This document shows, in pieces, positions 1 to 11,453 of a DNA stretch of 64,000 nt (its first letter is position 1; every line of letters starts with the position of its first letter). Origin of the DNA: Guillardia theta CCMP2712 (lineage: Eukaryota; Protista; Cryptophyta). The position numbers were made by a program, and so were the translations under genes. The stretch lies in assembly GCF_000315625.1 (NCBI RefSeq), contig NW_005434647.1:356936-420935 (forward strand), written 5' to 3'. The notes below the pieces were generated by a model. The model had not been told where the DNA came from, did no database searches, and saw only the letters and a program-made list of their open reading frames with translations.

Positions 1-3000
1 TCTCCACCATCGGCTTCCTCCTCCTCCGCGGCATCGTCGGCAGGTGATGGAGGCACCGAGACGTCCGCCCGCCCCGGCCTTGTTTTTGTTGTCTCGATTA
101 TTCATTTTTGAGAATACTTTACACGCCCTAGCTCGCCCACTAGGTCCATTCCTCCTTTCCTCAACTCCCCCCCCCTTCCCCCTCCCTTCCTACCACAGCA
201 GCACGCCTTCTTTTCCCTCCCTGTCCCCCGCACGGGCATCTGACTACCTTGAGTCGTTCAGCTGCCGCCAGTGCTGACTCCGGGATATGATAGCATCCAC
301 CTCCCTCAACGCCTCCTGGCTGCTGCTCGACAGCCTGTCCCTCACCTTGCTGCTGGACTTGAGGAAGTGAGAGGCTGGAACCCGCTGAAGGTCAAAGGAA
401 ACTCTCTTGCCCCCTCTCATGATGTCAACGTTGATCGTCGATCCTACCGGCCCCTTGATGAAGTCCAGAGCGCCCCGCGCGTCAACGTTGGCCATGGAGA
501 TGCCATCGACCGCGAGGAGAAAGTCGCCTGGATGGACTCCGGCACGCTCACCCGGGCTGCCTGCTGCCGTGCTAGACAAGAGGAGGTCAACAAGGTCGGC
601 AGTTTGCACAAGTGCGCCTACCTGGACACTAGCAAGGCTCCATCATGCCTCTGTTGCAGTTGGATCCCAACTTCTCCTTCCTCCTTCCACTCTAGCGGGT
701 CTCGATGGCGCTGGCCCCTCCTCGCGTCGAGCTCTTGGGGGCTAGATGCAGCAGCAGATTGTGCAGGCACGTGGGAAGGGGGGTTGCTTCCTTCATGATG
801 GTTGCTGACGACCTCTACCACCCGAGTCTCATCGCGGAGGACGCGAGGGCTGCTGGGGAGGACAGACACATGAGCTGGGTTTTGACTGTGCCTTCCTTCG
901 TCATTGGACTTGGCATGCTGTTGCAAGGGGATCTTCGACGACCGGTCAGGTTTCAACTCGTTATGAGTACTTGCGGCATCAATCGGACTATCCCAGGTGG
1001 CGGGTTCAGCACTCCCAAGAAATCCCTGGAGGAGAGTCAACACAAGACGCAGGCACATGCATGAATGTCAGACACGCACCAGGGAATCTTTGTCCCTTGT
1101 AGAGACAGCCTGCTGCCGTTCGACCAGGAATTGAATCTCCTCACCTTCTCTGACCAGCCCTGCGATCGTATTCTCATCACATCGACGAAGAAGAAAACAG
1201 CAGGAATGGTATCACCGAGGGACACTCTTGATCCTACCGGACCGCAGATTTTTTGGGCGATCGCATGGCCATCCATACCATGGACATTGAAGTCATCCAC
1301 GCTCACCAAGAAATCCCCAGGACGAATCCCAACTCTCTCAGCAGGTCCGCTCTCCCTTACTTGCTCTACAACTATCTTCCCGTCTTTCCACTTCTTCAGC
1401 TGCAGCCCAACACCGCAAAGTTCGGGGCCCTGCTTCTCCAGCACTGCCTCGCCTGCCGTGTTTGTTGCACTGGGGGCTGGACCGACTGCCAAGTCAACAC
1501 GAGGAGGCTGAGACTTGCCTTGACTGGGTCCCAAGTACATCGAAGCTTCATGCGCCCATGTTGGTCTCTCAACTATCTTGACATAGGAGGGAAGGGACGT
1601 GTTCAAGTCATGCAAGTGCCTCTGAACTTCGATCCGCCGCTGCTCCTGAGCATCCAGCTCTTTGAACCTCTCGATCGCCGAGACTATGTCATTCAGCGCC
1701 GCCTCCGACGACCAGATCGAGTCCCTTCGCTCCAGGGTGCGGAACAGTTTCACCTGGTTCTGCCTGATCGCCACAAACACGCTCGTGCCCGGGGGGCCCG
1801 ACAAGGCCTCGACCACCTGCTTCTGCGTCATCCCTTGCGCGCCCTTGTTCTCGATGTACAAAATCTCGTCTCCTTCTCTCACTCCCTCCACCTCAGCCGG
1901 GCTCCCTTCATGCACATGCACTACGATCACCCTGCCATCGTGTGACTTGCATGTCTGGATGCCCACACCACACCAACGTGCGCTCGGCTCCTCCATGGGC
2001 GGGTACACATCCCTGGACATGTACATGTACATGGGTGAAATGCGGGCCGCCTCCCCCTGCTGGGGATCCTTGTTATCCTGCTTCATCAGGAGCAGCTGGC
2101 TGAGGTGTTTCATCCCATCCGAGGAGCCCATCGTGGCTCTGGCAGGGCTCCGTGAACGAGGGTGGGGACGATGTGAACTCCCTTCCATCCTGCTGTTCAG
2201 CCAAGGGGTCTGCATGGACTGATCCAAGTTCTGCCTGACTTGCTCTTGCTCAGGGAGGTACCTGCTCGGAGCGAAAACACTCGGGCTGACCGAATCAGAC
2301 TTGAGATCTTTCATGAGATGTACAGAGTGCGAGGCCTGTCCTGTCCCTCTCTTCTCGTCGAGGAAAATCGAGGAACTACTGAACGACTCCTCGTTCTCAG
2401 CTGAGCCTGGTGAGGACGAGAAAAGATTCCTCCTCCTCGGCGTTTGGACCCTCAAGGGACTTGACCCTGTCAGTCCTTGGGAGGTGTCAGAGAGTCTTGC
2501 GTGATGAGGCTCCTGGGAGTTCGCTGCTTGCCGCCGTGGGGGGGTGGTACCGTGGTAGACGGAAGAGGTCGGAGCAGCGTGCGATGACGATGCTCTGTGA
2601 GAATGGGCAAGGTCAGTATCCTCTCCGAGACTGCGACGGGACGATCGCATGGCTGGAGGCTGCAAGGAGGGCGAACCGTCCGGCCGAGGGAAAGTGAAGG
2701 GAGGAGAGTTTGTGGAGGCCTTGCCATATCCTGCTGACTGAGGAGACGACCATCCGAGGGAGGAAAGGCTGTGGAGAGCAGTGGGCGGAGAGTGTCTGGA
2801 TAGAGAGGGAGGAGGAGGAGGAGGAGACGGCGACGTTGGGGCATGCGGGCGGTCACGATCCTCTGCCCCTCCCCGTAAGATCCGCATTTTGCCCTGCCAG
2901 GAAAATTCCGATGCAGAAGAAGGGTGGGTGTATTTTAGCCAGGGAAAGGGGGGTAGTCTGGTATAACCAGCAGAATGGCTGAAGGCGCAGAGCAGGCCCA

Positions 3001-3029
3001 GGAGCGGCAGAGGTTGGAGGGAGGGGAGC

Positions 3030-3067
<38 letters not shown>

Positions 3068-3073
3068 AGCCAT
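1..3073 (-). CDS. Multi-PDZ protein (at least 3 CtpA/Tsp-like PDZ domains); 3' end lies beyond window start; start codon uncertain (2887, 3073 or 3085)
   Basis: Three PDZ units (CGVGIQ...GSPAEVEGVREGDEI; CGVGLQL...GPAERVGIRPGDFL; GEVGIQL...GSPGERAGVHPGDFL) joined in frame by short GT-AG introns; last exon runs off position 1. Confidence 0.8.
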
Positions 3074-3711
3074 GACGACGACCATGACGAGGAGGAGGAA
3101 GACGACGACGACGATGAGGACGATGAGGACGATGAGGATGATGAGGACGACGATGACGATGAGGAGGGCGGAGGGGGGAGGCGGCGCAACGTGCGGCCTT
3201 CCGATGGCAATGGGCTCTCCCTCAAGCTGATGCGATTCTTGCAACGCTCTGAGTTTGACGAGGAACTCTACGAGTTTCTCTACCATGGGCTCTCAGATAT
3301 TACCGTCGCCCCCATAGGCGAAGAGCAGGTACGGTGCTCTACCTCCGCAGCGTCCCTGCAAGCGCTGACGATCCTCCCCGCAGCCGCTGCAGCTGTTCTC
3401 CCTCTATCAGGCGTTCACAGATGTAGCCGATCCTTGCACCGTGGCACCTCTCTAAACCTCCATGTTGGCAGATGTTCGACGAACGGTTCCGTCGCTTCAT
3501 GTCGCAAAACGGCTACTCTTCGTTAGAAGCTGTCTACAGGAAGCTGGAGGAAGAAAACTCCAACAAACCGAGGGTAAGCAAGGTATCCCGCCTGGCCCTG
3601 CTGACGGCTGCATCCTAGACTAGAAGGTTTCTCAGTAGCCTGCATGCTGGGATGCAGTACGAGTCCTTCGTTGAGCTCGCCCTGGAGTTTCAAGAGGCCC
3701 CTGACGAGTGA
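2975..3711 (+). CDS. BART (ARL2-binding) domain protein with acidic N-terminus
   Basis: Exons 2975-3328, 3384-3422, 3472-3573, 3619-3711 (GT-AG introns of 55/49/45 nt, all phase 0) give LMRFLQRSEFDEELYEFL...LFSLYQAFTDMFDERFRRFM...FLSSLHAGMQYESFVELA, matching the BART helical pattern; start could alternatively be M at 3230. Confidence 0.72.
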
Positions 3712-3879
3712 TGGAAACAGAACAGGAAGAGGAGACCTCCAAGTATGTCTAACAACTGTCGCGTGAGGGATCGCATGCTGGCTGAGTTTGATCCCGACTT
3801 CTGTGCTTCTTGCTTGCGCCCTCCACGTCCTCCACGTCCTCAGGCTTCGACATCCGATGATCTTGTCCGACGAGCTCTT

Positions 3880-4930
3880 GATGCCGCACCGTACGGAGTC
3901 CGATCACAGAGAAACACTTGTCATATCATAAGTAGTATCACAGAGTTCCTACAGTCACTGTCACTCCGGAGTCACGCGGTCCTGCTGAACTTCGAACAGG
4001 CTCCGATTCGCTGCCAGCCGCCTCACCGTGGCCCTCAACTTACTGAACTCATCGTGGCTGAGTCAGCGGCCTGGCGGTCACCGGGTGCAAGCAGTGGCAC
4101 GGTGAGGGCCTCTCGCCGCCAGTGCGGCCGGTCCGATCCGAGCCGCCGTGACCGTCCGGTCGGCAGCCTCAGTCCGCCGGGCGCCGGGAGACGCACTTAA
4201 CTGCGCGCAGGACAATTCCCCCGCGCCGGCATGCGGGATGCGCCCGCGCGCGGCCCGGGCCGGCCGGGCGGCGGGCCCACACTCCGTGCCCGGGCAGCCC
4301 TGAGTCGGCGGGCCGGGCCCATCCGGCCCAAAAGTAGAATTGACGCAGAATGATAGTCTAAAGCATTAAAAAAACATTTTGAGGCCAGGCCAGGCCCCGG
4401 GTCACCGTCCAGCTCTTCTGGCAGAGCGGCTGTGACTCAGTGACAAGTGACTCTTGCTCAGCCGCCACTCCGGGGCCGCCCGCCGGGCGCGGCCCGCCGC
4501 CGCCTCGGAGCCGCCCGGCTGCCAGCGGCCGCTGGCACCGTACGGTACCGTCAGCCCCTCCCGGTCCCGGACGGTCCGGCCCCCGAGCCTACGGCGGGAG
4601 CGGCCTCGGCTGAGTGCCAGACCATCGCCGGGACGCGGGGGGGGCCGCAGAGTCGGCCCGGATCCGATGATCATCGTCCGGGGTACACGGGCAATCATCG
4701 GCGGCGATCATCGGATCCTATCATGGCATCAGTGATGATCGGATCGGGACCCTAAAGCCTGGCGTGCCGCACTGAGCTGGCTGCGGCCGCCGGGCGGCCG
4801 CCTGGCCCGGCCGGGCCGGGCACCGTGAGAGTCGGACCGGCCGCGGTCTGCCGCCGGGATCTGTCACATCTGTGCACTGAGTGCCCAGCCTGATCCGAGG
4901 CTGTGCCACGGTGCGCGGCCCAGGGCTGTG
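3880..4930. repeat. GC-rich intergenic tract built from short palindromic words
   Basis: Dense CCGG/GGCC, CGGTACCG, TCAGTGAC, GGATCCGATGATC words; ORFs here are low-complexity R/P/G/A on both strands. Confidence 0.6.
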
Positions 4931-5601
4931 CCGGGATAGCAGGGAAAAGAGCGGGGATGAGGGTAGTCCATGCGATACGGCCATGCGGGTAGGGCGAGAG
5001 AAGGGGGGAAGGAGGGCGAAGAGGGATCGGTCGTGGGAGGAGTGAAGGAGGGCGAGCTTGGAGAGAGGAACCAGCTGGTAGATGGATGGTTGAAGGAGGC
5101 AGATGTGATGAGCAATGACAAGGTGAGAGGAAGACAGTGCACTTAGAATCGCTATCATGCTTTAGGTATCACGACCTGCCTTGTCGATGAGATCAGAACT
5201 TACCATGAGCGACTTGTCGGTCGTTTCAAAACTCTCACTCTGACCATGCTTCTTTCTTTGTAGTTTGGAGCTGAAAATGCCAGGCTGTCAAGGCCCTGCC
5301 TTGAAGAACCTTGAAGCATATCTGTAGTGCTGGACCTGATTGCCAAGTACCAGATGCTTTCCTGAAGAGGAGGATCCTTTGAAGTCAGCTTCAACCCGCT
5401 TTCCGGAGCAAACCTGCACTCGGCCTCTCTGTTGAAGCTCCCTGACTGACTATCTCTCCCCCTCCTCGTCAATCCCCCTTCGGTTCCCCACCTTCGCTTT
5501 CCCCCCTTCTCTTGCTCCTCCCCCTCCCTTCTTGCCTCGTTCTGGCGAGGATCAGGAATCTGATCGACGTTCTGTTCGGCTGTTCTAATAAGTCAGCTAT
5601 C

Positions 5602-8139
5602 ATGCGTAGCAGTGTTTTATTGTGCTTCCTCCTCCTGGACCTTACGATCAGTGCGATCATGGGCTTTTGTGGCCTCCATGAAATAGAGCGAAGAAATTTC
5701 GTGCTTGGCCGTCTATGGAAGGCAGACTCGGACACCTCGCGGACAAGAAGGGTTCCTCTCCTTCCCTCCCTTATCCTCAGGGGTGGTGGAAGTTCCTCAT
5801 CCCAGGAACGAACAGAAGAAACTACTAGCAGCGAGGACTTCACCGTACTGAAGAAGGAAGATACACAGCAAGCCACTGACTACTTCAAAATCTCAGCGGA
5901 CAGGGAGAAGCAGGTCCAGGCAAAACTCAGCGAGATGAAGGATTTCGACCAGAAGGCTGCGGAGGAGCGGAAGCGAAGGATCGACATGGCAGTCAAGCAT
6001 GCTCAGGATGTCATAGAGAACATCACGGGTGGGTATACCATGTATGGCGACCCGCCAGCGGAGCAGGCAGACCCGATGCTGGAAAACTTGACGGTCTACG
6101 ATCCTTGGCGCCATGATCCCTACCAGTCCAGTCTGGCGTTCTATGAGAACAGACCCGTCTTGATCAACTCACTGCAGGAGGACTACGACAACAGTTCCAA
6201 GACAAGACTGCTTCCTCCTGGCGAGTTGAGTTGGTACCTGCCTGACGGAAGTATCGCTCCGCAATACGGCAATGCGCCGGGACAGATGGGCTTTGGGACC
6301 AGATCAGTTGGGGTGGACGAAATAGCCCAAGGTCTGCTGTACACGAATGAATCATACGAACCAGATGCGCAATGGAGGAAGGACGACGAGGAGTTCCTCA
6401 GGAGGATCAAAGAGGAACGAAAGGCCTTCGGGGACGATTGGTATCGGTTCCTGCCCGAAGAATTCGAGGAGTATGAAGATGAGAAGAAGATAGAGCAGGG
6501 AGAGACGATAGATAATTTCAATTTCGAGATGCTGGACTGTGCAGTGCAAGGAGATAACATCAGATTGAGGGAGTGGGTAGCTAAGGGAGCTGATCCTGAC
6601 GCCATTGATACGCGAGTTGAGTACCCCGAGAATGGAGAAGCTCATGGTAGCTTCAGAGCAGTCCACTACGCCACGATGTTCGGACACAGGAGGACTATCG
6701 AGTGGCTGCATGCTTACGGCGCAGACATGAATGCACGAAACTACATACAAGAGACTCCGCTGCACCTAGCGGCGACCGGAGACCACCTGGACTGTGTGAA
6801 GGCTCTTCTCAACATGGGCTGTTCTGTGAATGCGGTGAGACAAGCTTGCATCCTTGGCTTCCTGGCATGATGTTGGGCAGGTGGATGCCAACGGTTGGAC
6901 ACCGCTCTTCAAGGCCGTGCTGTGGAAGGCAACGGACGAGCTCATCATCACACTCGTAAAGGCTGGAGCAGACCTCGACATGTGCAGATCATGACCCGAC
7001 CACGACGTTGATGACTCACTGTGCTATTCCAGGCTTGACGACCTGGGTCGGGCACCGATTGACGTGGCGAACAAGTGGAATCGAACTGAGACGGTTGGGA
7101 AAGACCTTGTGCCTGTATCTCACCTTCATCAGTCTGATCCTGTAAATCGTGCAGATGGAGCTCCTCCTCTCCCTGGGTGCGAAGCCTGCCCACGTAAGTT
7201 TTGGTCTTCTGTCCCTCGCGTCTTGTCAAACTTGCACTGTGAAGGTCCCTGGGACGTATTGCGGGTCCGCCGCAGAACTACAAGGCTGCATATGGGAAGG
7301 AGCTAAGGTGGTTCTTTCCGAGGCAGCGCGCGATGTCTTGAACCTCCCCAAGAGGAAAGAGGTCAGTGAACGGCTTCCCCCTCCTCCCTCCACCTGCTCC
7401 TTACCTCGCCGCAGGTGATCGAGCAGAAGATGTTGGGGAAGTGGGGGTTTGGTCCCATCTTCGAACGAGACGAGGACTACGGGACATACTTGGACGCCCT
7501 CAACATCTCTGACTTGCAGTACAAGCGCCTTCAGGAGAAGTTCGCCGATGCCCATGACGGGCCTCTCTACCCAGGGATCGTTGGGACTGTCGTGAAGGTG
7601 ACTGGGTCCTCCTCGACCTGCTGGGCCTGACGCGGGGGATGGCAGTGCGACCACGAGTGGCGGCAGAACGGCAAAGGCTACTCCTTAATGCCCTACGAGG
7701 TTGAAGTCTCCTTCGGCAATGACCCGGAGGCGCTCGAGCGATGGGGGGTAAGAGACGCGCTCCCTCTCTCTTGCAGTCTGCCGTCGTCTGAAGGGATGCC
7801 CGGTGGCAGGTGAAGGTAGATAAGCAGGACGAGGACGGCCTGCCCGTGGATCAAGAGTACGCTGAAGGGTCCACCAACGAGATCAAGTGGTGGTACACTG
7901 CAGAGGTCTTGTTGTGAGCAGTTTTGAGGCAGGCTCGCTGACCTCTGCCTGCAGTCGGTTCGCCTTGCGACGCCTGAAGAAATCGAGCGATCCAAGGTAA
8001 GAAGTTTCAGTCGCCATGACCCTCAGCCGGAGTCATGGCTGCTCCTCCTGTCAGTGTGACCTCTGTTCGTTAGGAGCTGTTGAAGCAGAATGAACCTGCG
8101 CCGATGGATGATGGGATGGATCTGGAGGAGCAGGACTAG
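5602..8139 (+). CDS. Ankyrin-repeat protein with N-terminal signal peptide and LILRGG motif
   Basis: MRSSVLLCFLLLDLTISA signal-like start; ANK motifs RAVHYATMFGH, ETPLHLAATGDHLDCVKALL, GWTPLFKA; multi-exon, stop TAG 8137-8139. Confidence 0.75.
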
Positions 8140-8169
8140 CGGCCGCGAGAACGAGTCGGCGGTTGAGCA

Positions 8170-9190
8170 ACCCTGGCAGCCGGTGACTCGTGACGGTGAT
8201 GGTGCGACAGTGTCATAGGATCATCGGCTGAAACTTGAAAGTTTCCGAAGTTCGGCCTCGGTTAGAAATGAAACGTAAAACTTGGGCCCGGCAACTTGCC
8301 GTTGAACGCCGCGGCCGCCCAGCGCCGCCCGGCCAGGCGTTGAGGGCCGGGGGCCGGCGAGCCTTGAAGCGCCGCGATTTTTTATATGTTAGTTACCCCC
8401 CAGTCAAGCCCAGTCAAGTCACTGCCGCCTGAGTACCATTCTCACTGGCAGGGTTCGTGATTTGGATCCGATGATCCGAGCGATCAGTGTGCCCGCTGGC
8501 TCGGCAGCCGCTGGGAGAGCCTCAGCGGCTTCAGGCTTGGAACCTCGGTCCTAAAGGGGCGGGGGCGGCCCCCGCGCGCGCTCCTGGATGATCAGTGTCC
8601 ACCGGTTAGCCTCTCAGCAACGGCCCGGCCCCGGGCGGAGTTCCGGCGAGCGGTGGCAACCCGGCGGGCCCCGGGCCCGGTGAGGCCAGCCCCGCCGGCG
8701 GCGCCGCGCCCCCGGGGCCCCGAACGCCGGACTCCGGGAGGCTCGCCGCGGCCCCCGAGTGTCGGACTCGCGAGTGTGGCGGCTCGCCCGGCGTCCGAAC
8801 TTGGTGACCCGGCCGCCGCACTCACGGAGGCCGCTGGGCCCGGCACCGTGGCTGTCCTCAGTCCTGCCACTCGCGACCCGGTACTGCCGACTGCAAGGGG
8901 ACGGTCGGACGGTCCCGCGCAGTGCCCGGCGCCGCCGGCGGCGACCGTACCCGGCGCCCCGCCGGCCCCCGGGGGCCCGGTGAGTGACTCCGGGCGCCGG
9001 CGGCGGCCCGCCCCGCGCCGCACCGTGCGCCGGGCAAGTTGCCAGCCCGGGCCGCGGCCGCAATCGGACTCCGGGACTCCTGGATCATCCGCGGCCATCG
9101 GATCCGATTGCCCCGCGGGCTGACCCGACCGTGACTGCGCCGGGCGCCACTCAGCCCGGGCCGGGCCGCGGCCAGGCCCACCGGGTATTG
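8170..9190. repeat. GC-rich palindromic-word intergenic tract
   Basis: Same vocabulary as 3880-4930, including exact GGATCCGATGATC at about 8464 and 4660. Confidence 0.6.
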
Positions 9191-9309
9191 AAAGTTTTAC
9201 TCATATTTTTTAGGCTGTAGAGCGATGAGGGGATGAGGGCAAAAGTGAACTCAAGAGTTTCACTCAACTCAAAAAAGAATCGCACGAGCGAAGCCGTACG
9301 CGAGGGACC

Positions 9310-10457
9310 ATGGTGAGTGTACGCGCGCGTGATGGAGGAACGGGATGGCAGCACACAGTTGAGGCATGCAGCTTGAGAGACAACGATGCTCTTTGCCTGT
9401 ATTGTTGTTCAAAGTCTGTTAATGCAATCTTCTCGCCCCGTGAACTACTTGTAACGCTCAAGAGGTTGTGGATGCAGGCTGTTGAAATTTCATGGAGGAG
9501 TGTGTATGTACAAGAAATTCTTGAACTGTTTGCTCGTTTTCTAGTCATCTGTTGTTTTTCGCGAGACCGTGCAGTTATCGAGTCTATGAAGAAACTCAAA
9601 TTGATTATTGTGCCGCTTGCTGTGTGACCAAAGTCGACTATTGTTCTTGCCCGTCGGCCCTTGTTATAATCTGTCCTTGTGTTCATCGGATCTCATTATA
9701 ATCGATGTTAAGTCTGTCACTATGATGACCATGCAAATGGAGCGCCCTCACTTTAAAAACCTAGAGGATCGCCGCCTGTGACTCGTGAATGACCTGAAGC
9801 TGCAGGCGGAGACTAACGACAAGGAGAGCAACCCCATGAGGGAGATCAAAATCGAGAAATTAGTCTTGAACATCTCCGTCGGTGAGAGCGGTGACAGGGT
9901 CACTCGCGCAGGCAAGGTTCTCCAGCAGTTGACTGAGCAGGAGCCTTGCTACTCCCGCGGTAAGATGTGAACTCTGAGCTGTTGGCGTGATAACTGGGCG
10001 ATATGATTTTTGATTGCTGCTGTATCTTGTTGGTTTCTCCGTTGCACTGCGGGCTGACGCCTTGTGTTTGACAGCTCGTTACACCGTCCGTACCTTCGGT
10101 ATCAGGCGTAACGAGAAGATCGCCACCTACGTCACTGTTCGTGGTGACAGTGCCAAGAATATTATCTCCAAGGGTCTTGCAGTGAAGGAGTTCGAGCTTC
10201 GTCGCAGAAACTTCTCCCAGAACGGAAACTGGGGATTTGGTATTAACGAGCACATCGATCTTGGTATCAAGTACGACCCCAACGCTGGTATCTACGGTAT
10301 GGACTTCTACGTCATCATGAAGAGGGCCGGAGATCGCGTTGCCAAGCGCAAACTCAGGAAGGGAAGGGTTGGACAACGCCAGCGTATTTCTAAGGAGGAG
10401 GCTATTGCCTGGTTTGAGAAGGAGTGGAATGAGGACTTCGCCAAGGTTTTGAACTAA
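9310..10457 (+). CDS. RPL11: 60S ribosomal protein L11 (uL5)
   Basis: Exons 9310-9312 (ATG only, inferred), 9806-9959, 10075-10457; [55 protein letters not shown]. Confidence 0.97.
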
Positions 10458-11372
10458 ACAATCATGCTTTCGTTGTGAGAGCAGATATTCAGTAAAAACA
10501 GAAAAGCATGTCAAGAGGCCAAAATGTAGGTTACACTGGGTTACACTAATGGAATATTTTTGCAATCGGGTGTATTAGAGTACGATGTCATAGAACAATA
10601 GATCGTGAGATATGCACGGACAGCAACACAGAAGGAGCAAGTACAATATGTAGATGCGGAGGTAACTTGAACGGATTCTTGAGCTTATTTTCCTTGTACC
10701 TTGCAAGATATCTCTTGAGATCCTAGAGCCACAAGCTCGTTAACCCCGTGTAGAATCTACAGGGTGCGCAATGCTGCTGATCAACATGAATGGAAGGATA
10801 CCAACAAGAATCATGATCCTTCTACAGATTATTAGTAAAGGGTACATGCAACCACACAACATATTTAGTGACACTTGCTCCATCACAGTAACCTATTAGC
10901 GCCTTCCACGAACCACGTCATCCCAGAGTCTAACTTTCAGATCACAGCTGCCAGGTTTTAATTTGATCATGTCGGGTTACAGGACTTCATGGAATGGTGC
11001 AGGAAGTTCAACCAGAACCCATCTCCTACTACAACATTCCGGTTCAGGAGGGCTACTAGCACATTTTATCTGTGTTGGCATGCTTTTGTGAAACAGAGTC
11101 CTGTCCTTCGAAGAGTTGCTACATGTATCTTCCCTTCGACTCCCATTCTTCGACTGCATCAAAGGACCCTTCCCCCGGGTAGGAAACCGAGTTAACCCAG
11201 GGGAACTGCTTCTATCTCGACCAAATGCTCTACGTGCTATCCTCGACCATCCTCGAAGGGAGCCACGCCTGATAGAGCTGCCCGATTTTCTACCATGAGG
11301 CACGAGCCATGTTTTCGTAGATCACCATGAATTCCTGCTATATATACCTCCGAAATCCCCAGGCACGTGACC

Positions 11373-11444
11373 GGACCTATGGTCTAGTGGTTATGACTCT
11401 GGACTTTGAATCCAGCAACCGGGGTTCGAATCCCCGTAGGTCCT
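11373..11444 (+). tRNA. tRNA-Gln (anticodon TTG)
   Basis: Acceptor stem GGACCTA/TAGGTCC, D-arm GTC...GAC, anticodon stem CTGGA/TCCAG with loop CTTTGAA, T-arm CGGGG-TTCGAAT-CCCCG. Confidence 0.96.
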
Positions 11445-11446
11445 CC

Positions 11447-11453
11447 TTTTTTT
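11447..11453 (+). terminator. RNA polymerase III terminator (oligo-T)
   Basis: T7 run immediately downstream of the tRNA. Confidence 0.8.

Noticed and set aside
5150-5480. Minus-strand splice-like signals suggesting a hidden small gene
   Set aside because: No convincing start or recognisable product in any splice frame
8592-9220. Stacked R/P/G/A-rich ORFs in the GC tracts (also 4402-4755, 36691-37371)
   Set aside because: Stop-codon scarcity in very GC-rich DNA; no domain motifs or splice structure
10700-11300. Possible pseudogene frame upstream of the tRNA
   Set aside because: Stop density is near random expectation and no family was recognised
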